Notes: generated from the letters alone by a model not told the origin. Counted from the stretch's first letter, positions 1 through 9,872 are shown. The stretch is 64,000 nucleotides of DNA from Chloroflexota bacterium (GCA_021372725.1 JAJFTV010000119.1:119-64118); one strand, 5' to 3'. Made by a program: numbers and translations.

Positions 1-360
1 AAACATAATGCACTGATCGCCAGAACGGATGCAGGCCAGAGAATAGTTGAGAAAGCTTCTGAAGCACAAGAATTGTTCCTGGAGGAAAAGCCGATCGAGG
101 AAATCTGTGAAGGGCAATCGCGGTCTTTGAAAATTCACTACAATATCTCTGCGCGTTCCAGGGTCGGGAGAATCTTCAAGGAAAATATCAAGGATTCTGT
201 TGGCGAAAAGGTGCACTGGTATGATTCTGCAATTGCATTCTTGATCCTTTTCAACCATAAATTCTCGCAAACAAAAAATGGCCGTAAAATCATTTCTCAT
301 ACACCTCGCCCGATTATCAAATTCTATTTGTATCTATTAAAGGGACTGGAGATCCTATAA
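1..360 (+). CDS. 3' end of a CDS entering from upstream (hypothetical protein)
   Basis: Frame 1 is open from nt 1 (KHNALIARTDAGQRIVEKASEAQELFLEEK...) to TAA at 358-360. Track ORF 73..360 is only its internal-Met part. No recognisable motif. Confidence 0.4.
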   Translation, partial: KHNALIARTDAGQRIVEKASEAQELFLEEKPIEEICEGQSRSLKIHYNISARSRVGRIFKENIKDSVGEKVHWYDSAIAFLILFNHKFSQTKNGRKIISHTPRPIIKFYLYLLKGLEIL

Positions 361-361
361 A

Positions 362-1627
362 ATGAAATCGACCATCCAGATTTCAATAACAGGTGGGTCT
401 GTGTGGGGGAATCGCGGTGCTGAAGCAATGCTAATGACCACCATCGGAGAAATTCGAAAAAGGAACCCGGCAGCAGAATTCAATATCTTTACCATATACC
501 CGGATCGGGACAGGCAATTACTGAACGATGAAAAAATCCATTTTCTAAGCGGGAAACCGTTGAATTTGGCGCTAATCCAATTCCCTTTAGCGCTCTTATC
601 AAGGATCTTCAGCCTGATAAGAGTAAATATTCCTCTCCCCCGCACAGTGCGGGCTTTGAAAGGTTCGGATATGCTCCTGGATATTGGAGGGATCACCTTC
701 GCGGACGGGAGAGCTTTATTCCTGCTTTACAATGTGTTTTCGATCTGGCCGGCAATGATTTTAGGCGTACCGGTCATAAAACTGTCTCAGGCAATGGGTC
801 CCTTTAACTCTGGGATCAATAAAGTCTCAGCGAAAGTATTCCTGAATAAGTGCCAATATATTTTTTCAAGAGGGATGTTTACTTCTGAACACCTGGAGAA
901 ATTACCGCTTCGATCAGAAAAGTGGCAGCAGGCAGCCGATGTTGCATTTTTATACCAGCCTGAGTACAGCTTATCCATGGAAAATGAAGAAAAAGTTAAT
1001 GAGCTGCAGGTGAAATTATCTGATTTGAGAAAAAACGGAACAAGAATTATTGCCATATCGCCCAGCTCCCTGGTGCTGAATAAATCCAAAAAGAAAAATG
1101 TGGATTACATAGGTAAAATATTCGATCTGATCAGGAACTATGGCTCGAAAAACACCCTTTTTGTATTTTTCCCCAATGGAACCCGGGCAGATTCGGATAG
1201 CACAAAAAATAACGACATCATCGCAATCCGTGAATTTCGTCAGAGAGCAATGGCTGATTTGCCCGAAGATGTTCAAAATTTGATCGATTGGGTTGATTAT
1301 GACATCAATACTCGCTCTGTCAGAAAGATTATCGCTGCATGTGATGTATTGGTTACTTCGAGGTTCCATGCAATGGTTGCCGGTTTATCATTATGCACTC
1401 CAACCATGGTTGTCGGATGGTCTCACAAATATCTGGAGACTTTATCCGATTTCGGAATGGGACGTTTTGCGGTGGACTTCGAGGATGAGAGCGCTGACCT
1501 CTCCAGGTATCTGGGCGAACTCCTTGAGCATAATATGGATGTCAGAGAAGAATTGAAGCTCTCTTTAGAAAAAGTCAAATCGGCTTCACAAAGACAATTT
1601 GACTACCTGGAAAGCAAATTCGCTTGA
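362..1627 (+). CDS. polysaccharide pyruvyl transferase family protein
   Basis: 421 aa. N-terminal GGSVWGNRGAEAM and C-terminal SRFHAMVAGLSLCTP resemble CsaB/WcaK-type pyruvyl transferases. The start lies 1 nt after the upstream stop. Confidence 0.65.
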   Translation: MKSTIQISITGGSVWGNRGAEAMLMTTIGEIRKRNPAAEFNIFTIYPDRDRQLLNDEKIHFLSGKPLNLALIQFPLALLSRIFSLIRVNIPLPRTVRALKGSDMLLDIGGITFADGRALFLLYNVFSIWPAMILGVPVIKLSQAMGPFNSGINKVSAKVFLNKCQYIFSRGMFTSEHLEKLPLRSEKWQQAADVAFLYQPEYSLSMENEEKVNELQVKLSDLRKNGTRIIAISPSSLVLNKSKKKNVDYIGKIFDLIRNYGSKNTLFVFFPNGTRADSDSTKNNDIIAIREFRQRAMADLPEDVQNLIDWVDYDINTRSVRKIIAACDVLVTSRFHAMVAGLSLCTPTMVVGWSHKYLETLSDFGMGRFAVDFEDESADLSRYLGELLEHNMDVREELKLSLEKVKSASQRQFDYLESKFA

Positions 1628-2604
1628 AAAAAAACAAGATCCTGAATATTGCCAAATGGCTTTGGCTGCTGATTGTCCTTTTGGGGGCCGGTTATTATTT
1701 CGTGAAACATCGCGAAATGGTTGCCGCTTTGATCAACAATATAACCATCTCGCAATTCTTGCTTTCAATATTTTTTCTCCTTATTGCAAAAATGCTCATC
1801 GGTGAGATCACCCGGCTTTCGGTGGAGACTGAAGGATGGCGGCCTCCATATCTGAAAATGTTGGGGATTTATTCCATTACATCCCTTGCAAAATACCTGC
1901 CGGGTGGAATATGGCATTTTGTTGGAAGATTCAGTACATATCGGCTGAACAACCTGACCAATAAACAATCTACAAAAGCCATGATTGTCGAGAATGTGTG
2001 GTTGATCTCGTCAGCAGTTGCAGTTGGCAGTGCGTTTTATTGTCTTTTTCAATTCGAATCGGTCAGTAAATTGTTGAATCTCCCTTATCGCGAATATTCT
2101 TCTTATCTGTCGGCAGCGCTTATCGCAGCCGTTTGGATATTAGGCCTGACGCTGTTTAATCGTTTCTTCTGCACACAAAATCTGAATTATGGATTGCTGA
2201 CAGGTAAATTAATCCTGATCTGTGTGCTGGCGTGGATATTGATCGGTTTAAGCTTCATTATGCTTTTTAATGATCTCTCTTTCAATTTGATTGGAACATC
2301 TGTGGGCGGCTATGCGTTGAGCTGGGCGGTTGGTTACGTTGCTGTTTTTGCACCGGGTGGAATTGGGGTTCGGGAAACAGTATTGGCAGCAATTTTCTCG
2401 GTTGTTGCACCGCCCGAACAAATTGCGGTCTACGCGGCCATGAATCGCATTGTCTGGGTTGTTGCCGAAGTGTTGCTGGGGTTGGTATTTTCCTTTCAGG
2501 ACAAAGGTCTCCTGAAGAAGGGAAATATTCAAGCAGCAAGCGCGGATCCTCTCGATGCGGATGGGGATACGATATCGTCGACAAAAGATGGTGGTATTGT
2601 ATAA
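1624..2604 (+). CDS. polytopic membrane protein, UPF0104/flippase-like (LPG-synthase TM-region type)
   Basis: TTG start overlaps the upstream TGA by 4 nt. Multiple TM helices. YLPGGIWHFVGR and FAPGGIGVRE motifs. The last 5 codons and the stop lie inside repeat element A. Confidence 0.5.
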   Translation: MKKNKILNIAKWLWLLIVLLGAGYYFVKHREMVAALINNITISQFLLSIFFLLIAKMLIGEITRLSVETEGWRPPYLKMLGIYSITSLAKYLPGGIWHFVGRFSTYRLNNLTNKQSTKAMIVENVWLISSAVAVGSAFYCLFQFESVSKLLNLPYREYSSYLSAALIAAVWILGLTLFNRFFCTQNLNYGLLTGKLILICVLAWILIGLSFIMLFNDLSFNLIGTSVGGYALSWAVGYVAVFAPGGIGVRETVLAAIFSVVAPPEQIAVYAAMNRIVWVVAEVLLGLVFSFQDKGLLKKGNIQAASADPLDADGDTISSTKDGGIV

Positions 2605-2816
2605 CTTGCACAAAACGAGGTCGTTGCCAATTTCACCGCCGTCACCTAACCCCCCATGGAGCTGTCTCAAAAGTGCAGACAGCCACTCCAGGTATGCTCT
2701 TTCCCCAGCTTCTGCACCCAACCCCCCGGCCCCCTTCCCGATGGAAGGGGGAGAAAACTACTTTTTGGGGCTTTTTGAGCCGCAAAACGGCTCAAAAAGC
2801 CCCAAAAAGTAGTTTC
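2586..2816 (+). repeat. modular intergenic repeat element, copy A (61-nt 5' module + GC hairpin + long hairpin)
   Basis: 2586-2646 is identical to 34068-34128. Hairpin 1 is CCCCCTTCC/GGAAGGGGG (2730-2751). Hairpin 2 has a perfect 28-bp stem (2755-2782 / 2788-2815) with loop CAAAA. The same two-hairpin layout occurs at 17415-17492. Confidence 0.8.
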
Positions 2817-2830
2817 AACATTATTGCGTT

Positions 2831-2842
2831 GAACGTATGTTC
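2831..2842. promoter_or_regulatory. LexA (SOS) box GAAC-N4-GTTC overlapping the lexA promoter
   Basis: GAACGTATGTTC matches the Gram-positive-type Cheo box core. It lies immediately 5' of an extended -10 element, TGTTACAAT (2844-2852), upstream of lexA. Confidence 0.7.
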
Positions 2843-2897
2843 ATGTTACAATAAATAGGACAAATGGTCGATGAATGGTTATGAAAGGAGTTGGACG

Positions 2898-3623
2898 ATG
2901 CCTAGAAAGAGCGCAGGGCTGGGGGAACGTCACCAGAAAATCATGGAGTTTTTATCCAGTTTTCAGGATGACAATGGCTATTCGCCTTCCATCCGGGAAA
3001 TTGGTGAGAACATTGGTGTGAATTCCACATCGCTGGTCGATTATTATCTGCGGCAACTGGTTGATAAAGGATACATCGAACGGAATGACCACATCTCACG
3101 CAGCATCCGCATCCTTCAACCGCTGGATCAACTGGGTATCAAAGCAAAGGATACTCTGCGCCAGATAAGTGAAGCGATTGATTTCTTTTCCATCCCCGTA
3201 TTGGGGCGCATTGTTGCCAGCGAGCCAATTCCCGTACCCAATTCGGACCCTTCTTTACCCTATTTTGACCCGGAAAGTACGGTGGAAATTGCCCGCAGCA
3301 TGCTTCCAAAAAATGAACGGCTGGAAGACCTGTTCGCGCTGGAAGTACAGGGGGATTCGATGATCGATGCCATGGTCAATGATGGTGACATCGTCATCAT
3401 GAAAACCGTCCAGGGCAAGGAAACCCGTAACGGTGAAATGGTTGCCGTCTGGCTGGACAACAACGATGAAACCACCCTCAAGTACTTTTACCAGGAAAAA
3501 AACCGCATCCGCTTGCAGCCGGCCAATCCCGCCATGTCACCCATCTATATAGAAGATCCTCGTCAGGTGCGCGTGCTGGGCAAGGTGATCATGGTCATCC
3601 GGCAGGTCAAGGCCACCGTCTAA
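2898..3623 (+). CDS. lexA: LexA repressor (S24 peptidase)
   Basis: N-terminal winged helix (SIREIGENIGVNSTSLVDYYLRQL). S24 motif GDSMIDAMVNDGDIVIM. AGGAG (2886-2890) lies 7 nt before ATG 2898, whereas the track start 2871 has no RBS. Confidence 0.9.
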   Translation: MPRKSAGLGERHQKIMEFLSSFQDDNGYSPSIREIGENIGVNSTSLVDYYLRQLVDKGYIERNDHISRSIRILQPLDQLGIKAKDTLRQISEAIDFFSIPVLGRIVASEPIPVPNSDPSLPYFDPESTVEIARSMLPKNERLEDLFALEVQGDSMIDAMVNDGDIVIMKTVQGKETRNGEMVAVWLDNNDETTLKYFYQEKNRIRLQPANPAMSPIYIEDPRQVRVLGKVIMVIRQVKATV

Positions 3624-3856
3624 CGTCGTTTTAGCTTGCATAAAGAAGCCATCTCAAAAGTAAATATTTTTGAAGAAATTCCGAAAAAGAATTTCCAGAA
3701 TCAGATCAACACCCCACCCCTCAAGGTTGCGGGTAAATATTTTTAATACGGGCAATGGAATTTTTTAACTTCCTCTCTCACCAATACTTTTTTTCATTTC
3801 GTGTACAATTAATAAGCACCTAAAACATTTGACACACTTTATAAGGAGTCATCTAC

Positions 3857-4273
3857 ATGTACCACACGATTATCATAGTAGGAAACTTGGGGAAGGACCC
3901 CGAAATGCGTTACACACCCAACGGCGCTCCAGTCACTTCTTTCAACGTGGCTTCCAGCCGGCAATACACCAATTCAAAAGGCGAGCGGGTAAAAGAAACC
4001 ATTTGGTTCCGTGTATCAGCCTGGAACAAACTGGCCGAAACCTGTAACAACTTCCTTCACAAGGGCAGCAAAGTATTAGTAGAAGGTCGATTGGTTCCTG
4101 ATGCAGCAAGTGGCGGGCCGCGTGTATTCACCAGGCAGGATGGCACCTCTGGTGCATCCTTTGAAGTCAATGCGGCAACGGTACGATTTCTTGAAAGCAA
4201 AGCGGAAGCCAGTGGTACGCCCGGTGAAGATTTCGCGGAACCGATCGCTGATGATGATGAAATTCCGTTCTAG
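3857..4273 (+). CDS. ssb: single-stranded DNA-binding protein
   Basis: OB-fold N-terminus (IIIVGNLGKDPEMRYTPNGAPV...WFRVSAW). Acidic tail DDDEIPF. AAGGAG 8 nt upstream. Confidence 0.92.
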   Translation: MYHTIIIVGNLGKDPEMRYTPNGAPVTSFNVASSRQYTNSKGERVKETIWFRVSAWNKLAETCNNFLHKGSKVLVEGRLVPDAASGGPRVFTRQDGTSGASFEVNAATVRFLESKAEASGTPGEDFAEPIADDDEIPF

Positions 4274-4279
4274 ATTATC

Positions 4280-4606
4280 ATGACCAACATCCCTCCGCAT
4301 TCACAACGTCAGTTGAAGATCGAAGTGCCGCCCGATCTGGAACCAACTTATGTGAATATGGCTCGCATCAGTCATTCGCCGGCTGAGATTATCATGGATT
4401 TTGCCTGCATTCTGCCGGGAGATGATAAAACAACAATCACCTCACGAATGCTCATGTCACCACTGGGCGCCAAACTGTTTTTACGCGCCCTCGGTGAAAA
4501 TCTTACACGTTACGAAACAATTTTCGGAGAGATCAAATTACCCGGAGATTCTTCGCTGGCCAACAATCTCTTTCGCAATATTATCCCCCCTGACAAAGAA
4601 GAATAA
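4280..4606 (+). CDS. DUF3467-like small protein
   Basis: 108 aa. VNMARISHSPAEIIMDF...SRMLMSPLGAKLFLRALGENLTRYE matches my recollection of the DUF3467 pattern. Confidence 0.55.
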   Translation: MTNIPPHSQRQLKIEVPPDLEPTYVNMARISHSPAEIIMDFACILPGDDKTTITSRMLMSPLGAKLFLRALGENLTRYETIFGEIKLPGDSSLANNLFRNIIPPDKEE

Positions 4607-5271
4607 TGGAACAACTCCCCCAAATCGCTGAAACGATCAGGCTTGGTTTCGAGACTCGTACCCAGAGGCGGGACCAGGCCTTGCTGCTCTCCCGTCAGAT
4701 TACCCGCCTGTCAGCCCAATCCATCCGCGCAACCCATCGAAGAGAACACGACCAGGCCAAGGATTTTCTTTGTCAGGCCGGCAATCTGGTAAGCCAGGTC
4801 AAAGAATCACTGGCCAATTTTCCCGATCTGTATCATACCGGGTATACCCAGGATGGAATCAAGGAATACGTTGAAGCAACCATTACTTCGGCGCTCATTC
4901 GGAATGAGGCCCTGCCCGGGCCGGAAGACCTGGAAGTGGAGTACGCCACCTATCTGAACGGCCTGGCAGAGGTGCCCGGTGAACTTCGCCGCTGCTGCCT
5001 GGATATACTTCGCCAGGGGTATTCAGCCGAAGCCGAACGATTGCTGTCCTGCATGGATGAAATCTATACCGTGCTGGTCACCATGGATTTTCCGGATGCC
5101 ATCACACAGGGGCTGCGCCGTCAAACCGACCTTGTTCGAGGTATTCTCGAGCGTACGCGTGCCGATCTTACATTAAGCCTGCGGGAAGAACAGGTCAAAT
5201 CAGCCATGCAAAAACTGATCAACCGGCTCGAGCAAACAAACGTGGATTATCTGCCACCCCCGGATCGGTAA
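4606..5271 (+). CDS. translin-family-like helical protein
   Basis: 221 aa, all-helical. EYVEATITSAL...YLNGLAEVPGELRR resembles bacterial/archaeal translin-like proteins. The TAATG overlaps the upstream gene. Confidence 0.4.
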   Translation: MEQLPQIAETIRLGFETRTQRRDQALLLSRQITRLSAQSIRATHRREHDQAKDFLCQAGNLVSQVKESLANFPDLYHTGYTQDGIKEYVEATITSALIRNEALPGPEDLEVEYATYLNGLAEVPGELRRCCLDILRQGYSAEAERLLSCMDEIYTVLVTMDFPDAITQGLRRQTDLVRGILERTRADLTLSLREEQVKSAMQKLINRLEQTNVDYLPPPDR

Positions 5272-5390
5272 GCCATTGGGGGCTGACCGTAAAGCTGCAA
5301 GCTGTCAAATTCCATCAGAGTATTCTTGTTCCATGATGGTACGTCTGAAATACGACAAAATAGCGCGGTAATAACGAATATAATAGGTCC

Positions 5391-6281
5391 ATGCAAAAAA
5401 TAATGGAAAGATTCGCTGTTCCCACCCGTTTTGCATTTTGCTATCACCCGGATGCACAGCAGACGACCAAAGACCTGGTCGATGAGATTATCCAATTCCT
5501 GTATCATGCCGGCGTGAAGAATATTTTTAACGCCCCGCTGTATGATGCCGAACTCATTCGCAAGGTCGAAGAGGGAGATTTCGATGTACTGGTGGCAGTG
5601 GGTGGTGACGGCACCATGTTGCGGGCAGGTCATTTGAGTGCGCCGGTCGGTCTGCCCATCCTGGGCATCAACACCGGCGGATTTGGGTTTCTCACCGAGG
5701 TGAAGGACGGAGAATGGCACGAGGCCTTTGAGAATCTGTTTGCAGGTGCTTACAGGATAGAAAAGCGCATGATGCTGCAAGTGGAACACTGGCGTAATGA
5801 TCAATTGCTCGGCAGTTGGTCTGCGCTCAACGAAGTGGTTGTGACACGCGGTTGGGATGTGCGCCCGATCCAACTGGAAGCCACGGTCGATGGTTTCATT
5901 GTAGGCAATTTCATCGCTGACGGGCTCATCGTATCCACCGCAACCGGTTCAACGGCTTATGCCCTGGCTGCCGGCGGGCCCATCATGCCGCCCGATCTGC
6001 CACACATCCTTATCATTCCGGTGGCACCGCATCTTTCCGTTGATAGAGCCATTATTCTCTCCCAAGGAGCCAGTGTAAAGGTAACGGCCTCAACCCGCCA
6101 GCAGGCTGTTTTCAGCGTCGACGGACAACATCCCATTGAAATTGCTCCTCAAGACCATATACAGGCTTACCCGGGGAAAAATATGGTATCCTTCATCCGT
6201 TTTAAGGACCCGGGATATTTCTATCACAATTTGATGATCTATATGGAACGAAACCCTTCAATAGGAAAAGCACTCTCATGA
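5391..6281 (+). CDS. nadK: NAD+ kinase
   Basis: GGDGTMLRA, NEVVV and TGSTAYALAAGGPIM motifs. Conserved nadK-recN neighbourhood. Confidence 0.9.
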   Translation: MQKIMERFAVPTRFAFCYHPDAQQTTKDLVDEIIQFLYHAGVKNIFNAPLYDAELIRKVEEGDFDVLVAVGGDGTMLRAGHLSAPVGLPILGINTGGFGFLTEVKDGEWHEAFENLFAGAYRIEKRMMLQVEHWRNDQLLGSWSALNEVVVTRGWDVRPIQLEATVDGFIVGNFIADGLIVSTATGSTAYALAAGGPIMPPDLPHILIIPVAPHLSVDRAIILSQGASVKVTASTRQQAVFSVDGQHPIEIAPQDHIQAYPGKNMVSFIRFKDPGYFYHNLMIYMERNPSIGKALS

Positions 6282-6787
6282 ACCAGGACAATCCACCAGA
6301 GATGTTCTGTTTCTATCACCCTGATCGACCCACCTTGCTGCGCTGCAACCGCTGCAACAAGCCTATCTGCACATCCTGTGCCATCAAAACCCCCACCGGT
6401 TATCGCTGCAAGGATTGTGTTCGTTCACACCAGAAGGTGTATGACACCGCCGTATGGTCTGATTATCTGGTTGGGATTATCATCGCCGGCGTTCTGGCAG
6501 CAATCGGCAGCTATATTGTCACCCGCATTGGCTTCTTTACGCTGCTCCTGGCACCTGCATTCGGCACATTGATCGCCGAGGCAGTACGCCGGGCTGTTCA
6601 CCGCCGCCGTTCCAAACAGTTGTTCATTTGGATAACCGTCGCTGCTGTGGTGGGCAGTTTACCCATGCTGCTTGTGATGATCTTCAATCTTTCATTGTTT
6701 TCGATCATCTGGCAGGGAGCGTATACCTTCCTGATGGCCAGTACCTTGTATTACCGTCTGAGCGGTATCCAGATCAAACGCCCTTGA
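6278..6787 (+). CDS. zinc-ribbon (B-box-like) membrane protein
   Basis: ATGA overlap with nadK. N-terminal Cys pairs (CFYH..CNRCNKPIC..C..CKDC) followed by about 4 TM helices. Confidence 0.5.
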   Translation: MNQDNPPEMFCFYHPDRPTLLRCNRCNKPICTSCAIKTPTGYRCKDCVRSHQKVYDTAVWSDYLVGIIIAGVLAAIGSYIVTRIGFFTLLLAPAFGTLIAEAVRRAVHRRRSKQLFIWITVAAVVGSLPMLLVMIFNLSLFSIIWQGAYTFLMASTLYYRLSGIQIKRP

Positions 6788-6797
6788 TTTTCGAACT

Positions 6798-8543
6798 ATG
6801 CTAAAAGAACTGCGTATCGAAGATTTTGCAATCATTGACCAACTGGAGATCACGCTGGAAAAGGGTCTTACCACTTTTACCGGCGAGACCGGAGCCGGCA
6901 AGTCGATCATCCTGGATGCCATCGTCACCCTTCTGGGAGGGCGGGCAGACAATGAATTCATTCGTGCAGAAACTGACCGGGCTGTTCTGGAAGCTGTCTT
7001 TCAAATCCCACCCCAAAACCGGCTTGAAATACAACAGGTACTTTCACGTGAAGAAATCCTGGAATCCGAACTGCCGGATGAAATCACACTCGGGCGGGAA
7101 CTTCGCCAGGGAGGACGCAGCATTGCCCGCATCAATGGGCACAGCGTTAACGTGCGGCTGCTGCAGGAAATCGGCAGTTTTTTGGTCGATATCCATGGCC
7201 AGTCGGAACATCTTTCCCTGCTCAATGAACGCAGTCATCTCGCCCTTCTGGATCGATACGCCGGCGTCCAATCGCTGGTCGATGAATACCAGATTATTTA
7301 CCACCGCCTGACCGGCATCCGGCATGAGCTGAACGATTTGCGTAAAAATGAACAGGAAGCTGCCCGCCAGAAAGATTTTCTGACCTACCAGATTGGCGAG
7401 ATCACCAACGCCCGACTCATTCCCGGTGAAGACGAAACACTGCGACATGAACGTGACCGCCTGGCGAACGCCGAAAACCTGGCCTCGCTGACCCAACAAA
7501 TTGCGGTCATCCTGGAGGGCGGCGGGCCCGATGCGCCTGCTGTTCTGGACATGCTGGGTGATGTCGTCCGGCTGGTCACACAGCTCACCCGCCTTGACCC
7601 CAGTCAAAATGAGCTTCAGGAGCAGATTTCGTCTTCGCTGGAAAATCTCAATGACGCTGCCGTCCAACTGCAGGACTATCTGGAAAAAGTGGAATACAAC
7701 CCGCGCCGCCTGGCTCAGGTGGAAGAACGCCTTAGTGTGCTGAACAACCTTAAACGTAAATATGGCGTAAGCATTGAAGACATCTCGTCCTTTTCAAAAA
7801 ACGCACAGGAGAGATTGGAGCGGCTTAATCACGCTGACGAACGGATTGCTGAAATCGAAAAGGAAGAAACTGTTTTACTGGATGATCTGACCGCCAAAGC
7901 CCTGGCGCTCTCAAAAAGACGCCGCAAAGCCGCCAGGATGATGGCAGAGGCGGTGGAAAAAGAATTGAAAGACCTCAACCTGGTGGATGCCCGTTTCACC
8001 GTAAACATGCAATTTGTTCCGGATGAAACTGGTTTGACGCTGGACGGCAAAAAAGTTCGTTTTGATCAAACAGGTGCCGACCGGGTTGCCTTTCTGATCG
8101 CTCCCAATCCCGGCGAAGGATACAAGCCGTTGGTAAAAATAGCCTCGGGCGGTGAAACCTCACGTATCATGCTGGCTTTAAAAAATGTTCTGGCGCAGGC
8201 AGATTTCATTCCAACCCTGATTTTCGATGAGATCGACCAGGGGATTGGAGGCCGGGTGGGCTCTGTGGTGGGTGAAAAATTATGGATGCTTTCTCAGCAG
8301 CATCAGGTATTATGTGTGACACATCTGCCCCAATTGGCCGCGTTTGGTGCACAACATTTCTGTGTTTATAAAGAGTACGATGAGGGACGCACGTACACCC
8401 GCACAAACCGGCTGGATTCGGATGCCAGAATTGAGGAAATGACCAAGATGTTTGGGCAGGTAAGCCCTGCCAACCGCCAGGCTGCCAGTGAAACCTTGAA
8501 ATATGCGCATCAACGAATTGCCGAGTTAACCAAATCGGAATAA
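6798..8543 (+). CDS. recN: DNA repair protein RecN
   Basis: Walker A GETGAGKSIILDAI, long coiled coil, SGGETSRIMLALK signature and LIFDEID Walker B. Confidence 0.92.
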   Translation: MLKELRIEDFAIIDQLEITLEKGLTTFTGETGAGKSIILDAIVTLLGGRADNEFIRAETDRAVLEAVFQIPPQNRLEIQQVLSREEILESELPDEITLGRELRQGGRSIARINGHSVNVRLLQEIGSFLVDIHGQSEHLSLLNERSHLALLDRYAGVQSLVDEYQIIYHRLTGIRHELNDLRKNEQEAARQKDFLTYQIGEITNARLIPGEDETLRHERDRLANAENLASLTQQIAVILEGGGPDAPAVLDMLGDVVRLVTQLTRLDPSQNELQEQISSSLENLNDAAVQLQDYLEKVEYNPRRLAQVEERLSVLNNLKRKYGVSIEDISSFSKNAQERLERLNHADERIAEIEKEETVLLDDLTAKALALSKRRRKAARMMAEAVEKELKDLNLVDARFTVNMQFVPDETGLTLDGKKVRFDQTGADRVAFLIAPNPGEGYKPLVKIASGGETSRIMLALKNVLAQADFIPTLIFDEIDQGIGGRVGSVVGEKLWMLSQQHQVLCVTHLPQLAAFGAQHFCVYKEYDEGRTYTRTNRLDSDARIEEMTKMFGQVSPANRQAASETLKYAHQRIAELTKSE

Positions 8544-8635
8544 GCTTGGGCTTTTGCTCCAAATCCCACTACTCATCCCCCTTTGTAGGTGCAACAGGTT
8601 GTGTGGTATGTTCATGTTATAATCTCAAAAATCGT

Positions 8636-9451
8636 ATGTCGAAAAAACGTTTGCTTTTCCCTGTGATCTTTGTGCTTTCCATTGCTCTGTTTGGACTGGC
8701 TGCGCCAGCCTTGGCAGCACCCCTTTCGCAGCAGATTTCCTCGCCCACACCGGACGCTGACGGGCGGATCACTTACCTTGTTCAGAAAGGTGATACCTGT
8801 CTGAGCATCGCCTTGCGTTACCTGAATGGGGATATCAATCAGATTATCGAACTCAACGGTCTCACAGCGGATTGCGTCATCACTGAAGGCCAGAATATTC
8901 TGTTGGGCATTCAGGAAATCCCCACCTCCACCCGGGGACCCTCACCCACCGCCACCTCCTTCATTCCTTCCGCCACACCCACCCCTGGAACCGGAGCCAT
9001 CTGTGTGATGCTCTTCAACGACATTAATGGAAACGGTCTCAAAGACAGCGAGGAATTCCCCATGCCGGGTGGCGCGATCAGCATTACCGATCGTGAAGGG
9101 ATCATCTCCCTGACCGGTGTATCGGTAATCGACGCCGACCCCGGAACCTCTGATGAGTATGAACCGTTATGCTTCGAGGATTTGCCGGAAGGCGAATACA
9201 ACATCAGCATGGGGCCTCCCGAAGGATACAACGCGACCACCATTATGAATTTCCCCCTTGAACTCACTGCCGGTGACCAGAGCATCCTGGACTTTGGCGC
9301 CCAGACCAGCTCTGCCGGAGCGCTGATTGCCGAACAAACATCCCCCACCGATTTGAGCACCCGCCGTTCACCTTTGCTGGCTATCCTGGGTGGCATCATG
9401 CTGCTGATCGGGGTGGGGATTGCGGTCTATTTGTGGATTCAACGCCGCTGA
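8636..9451 (+). CDS. LysM domain membrane-anchored protein
   Basis: Signal peptide MSKKRLLFPVIFVLSIALFGLAAPALA. LysM motif YLVQKGDTCLSIALRY..LNGL. Pro/Thr linker and C-terminal TM. TGTTATAAT (8615-8623) sits 12 nt before ATG 8636, so the track start 8546 is unlikely. Confidence 0.75.
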   Translation: MSKKRLLFPVIFVLSIALFGLAAPALAAPLSQQISSPTPDADGRITYLVQKGDTCLSIALRYLNGDINQIIELNGLTADCVITEGQNILLGIQEIPTSTRGPSPTATSFIPSATPTPGTGAICVMLFNDINGNGLKDSEEFPMPGGAISITDREGIISLTGVSVIDADPGTSDEYEPLCFEDLPEGEYNISMGPPEGYNATTIMNFPLELTAGDQSILDFGAQTSSAGALIAEQTSPTDLSTRRSPLLAILGGIMLLIGVGIAVYLWIQRR

Positions 9452-9503
9452 AATTTGCGTCATCCCATCCCCTGTGAAACATCAACAGGTTATCCACAAC
9501 AAT

Positions 9504-9872
9504 ATGAAGCTCTTTCTCCTGGGGTTTATCCTGATCTTCTTTTGCGGTTGTTCACCCACCCAAAGCAAACTCCAAACGCCAACTCCCCCAGTTATCTCCA
9601 CCCCGCCTGTGTCTTCTTCCAATGCCAGGCCGACGACCAATACAGCCGCCAGCACGGCGTCCCCTTCGCCTGTTCCAGTTGTGCAAATCTGCTCTCCTCA
9701 CATCCATGCGGTTGCAGTAGGTGATGCCGAGCTCTCCTATGCGGCTTATCTGCAGATCCATGGCAGTTATGGGTATCTGGCCGGAATGGACGGACTTCCT
9801 CTGGAAGAAGGTTCAGACCCCGCGATCGACCCGCATGGCGGTCCTGTGATCTGCAACTGGATGGAGGAGTGA
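9504..9872 (+). CDS. putative lipoprotein (hypothetical)
   Basis: The internal Met gives MKLFLLGFILIFFCGCS (lipobox-like), followed by a Pro/Ser/Thr-rich linker. Confidence 0.45.
   Translation: MKLFLLGFILIFFCGCSPTQSKLQTPTPPVISTPPVSSSNARPTTNTAASTASPSPVPVVQICSPHIHAVAVGDAELSYAAYLQIHGSYGYLAGMDGLPLEEGSDPAIDPHGGPVICNWMEE

Noticed and set aside
2555-2858. Track ORFs 2555..2812 and 2673..2858 (Pro-rich 'proteins')
   Set aside because: They simply translate repeat element A, including its 28-bp palindrome. They have no RBS and overlap the lexA operator and promoter. The same pseudo-peptides appear wherever the repeat occurs.
8546-8635. N-terminal extension of the LysM protein (track start 8546)
   Set aside because: The extension contains the extended -10 promoter element and lacks an RBS. 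The signal peptide begins at the Met encoded at 8636.
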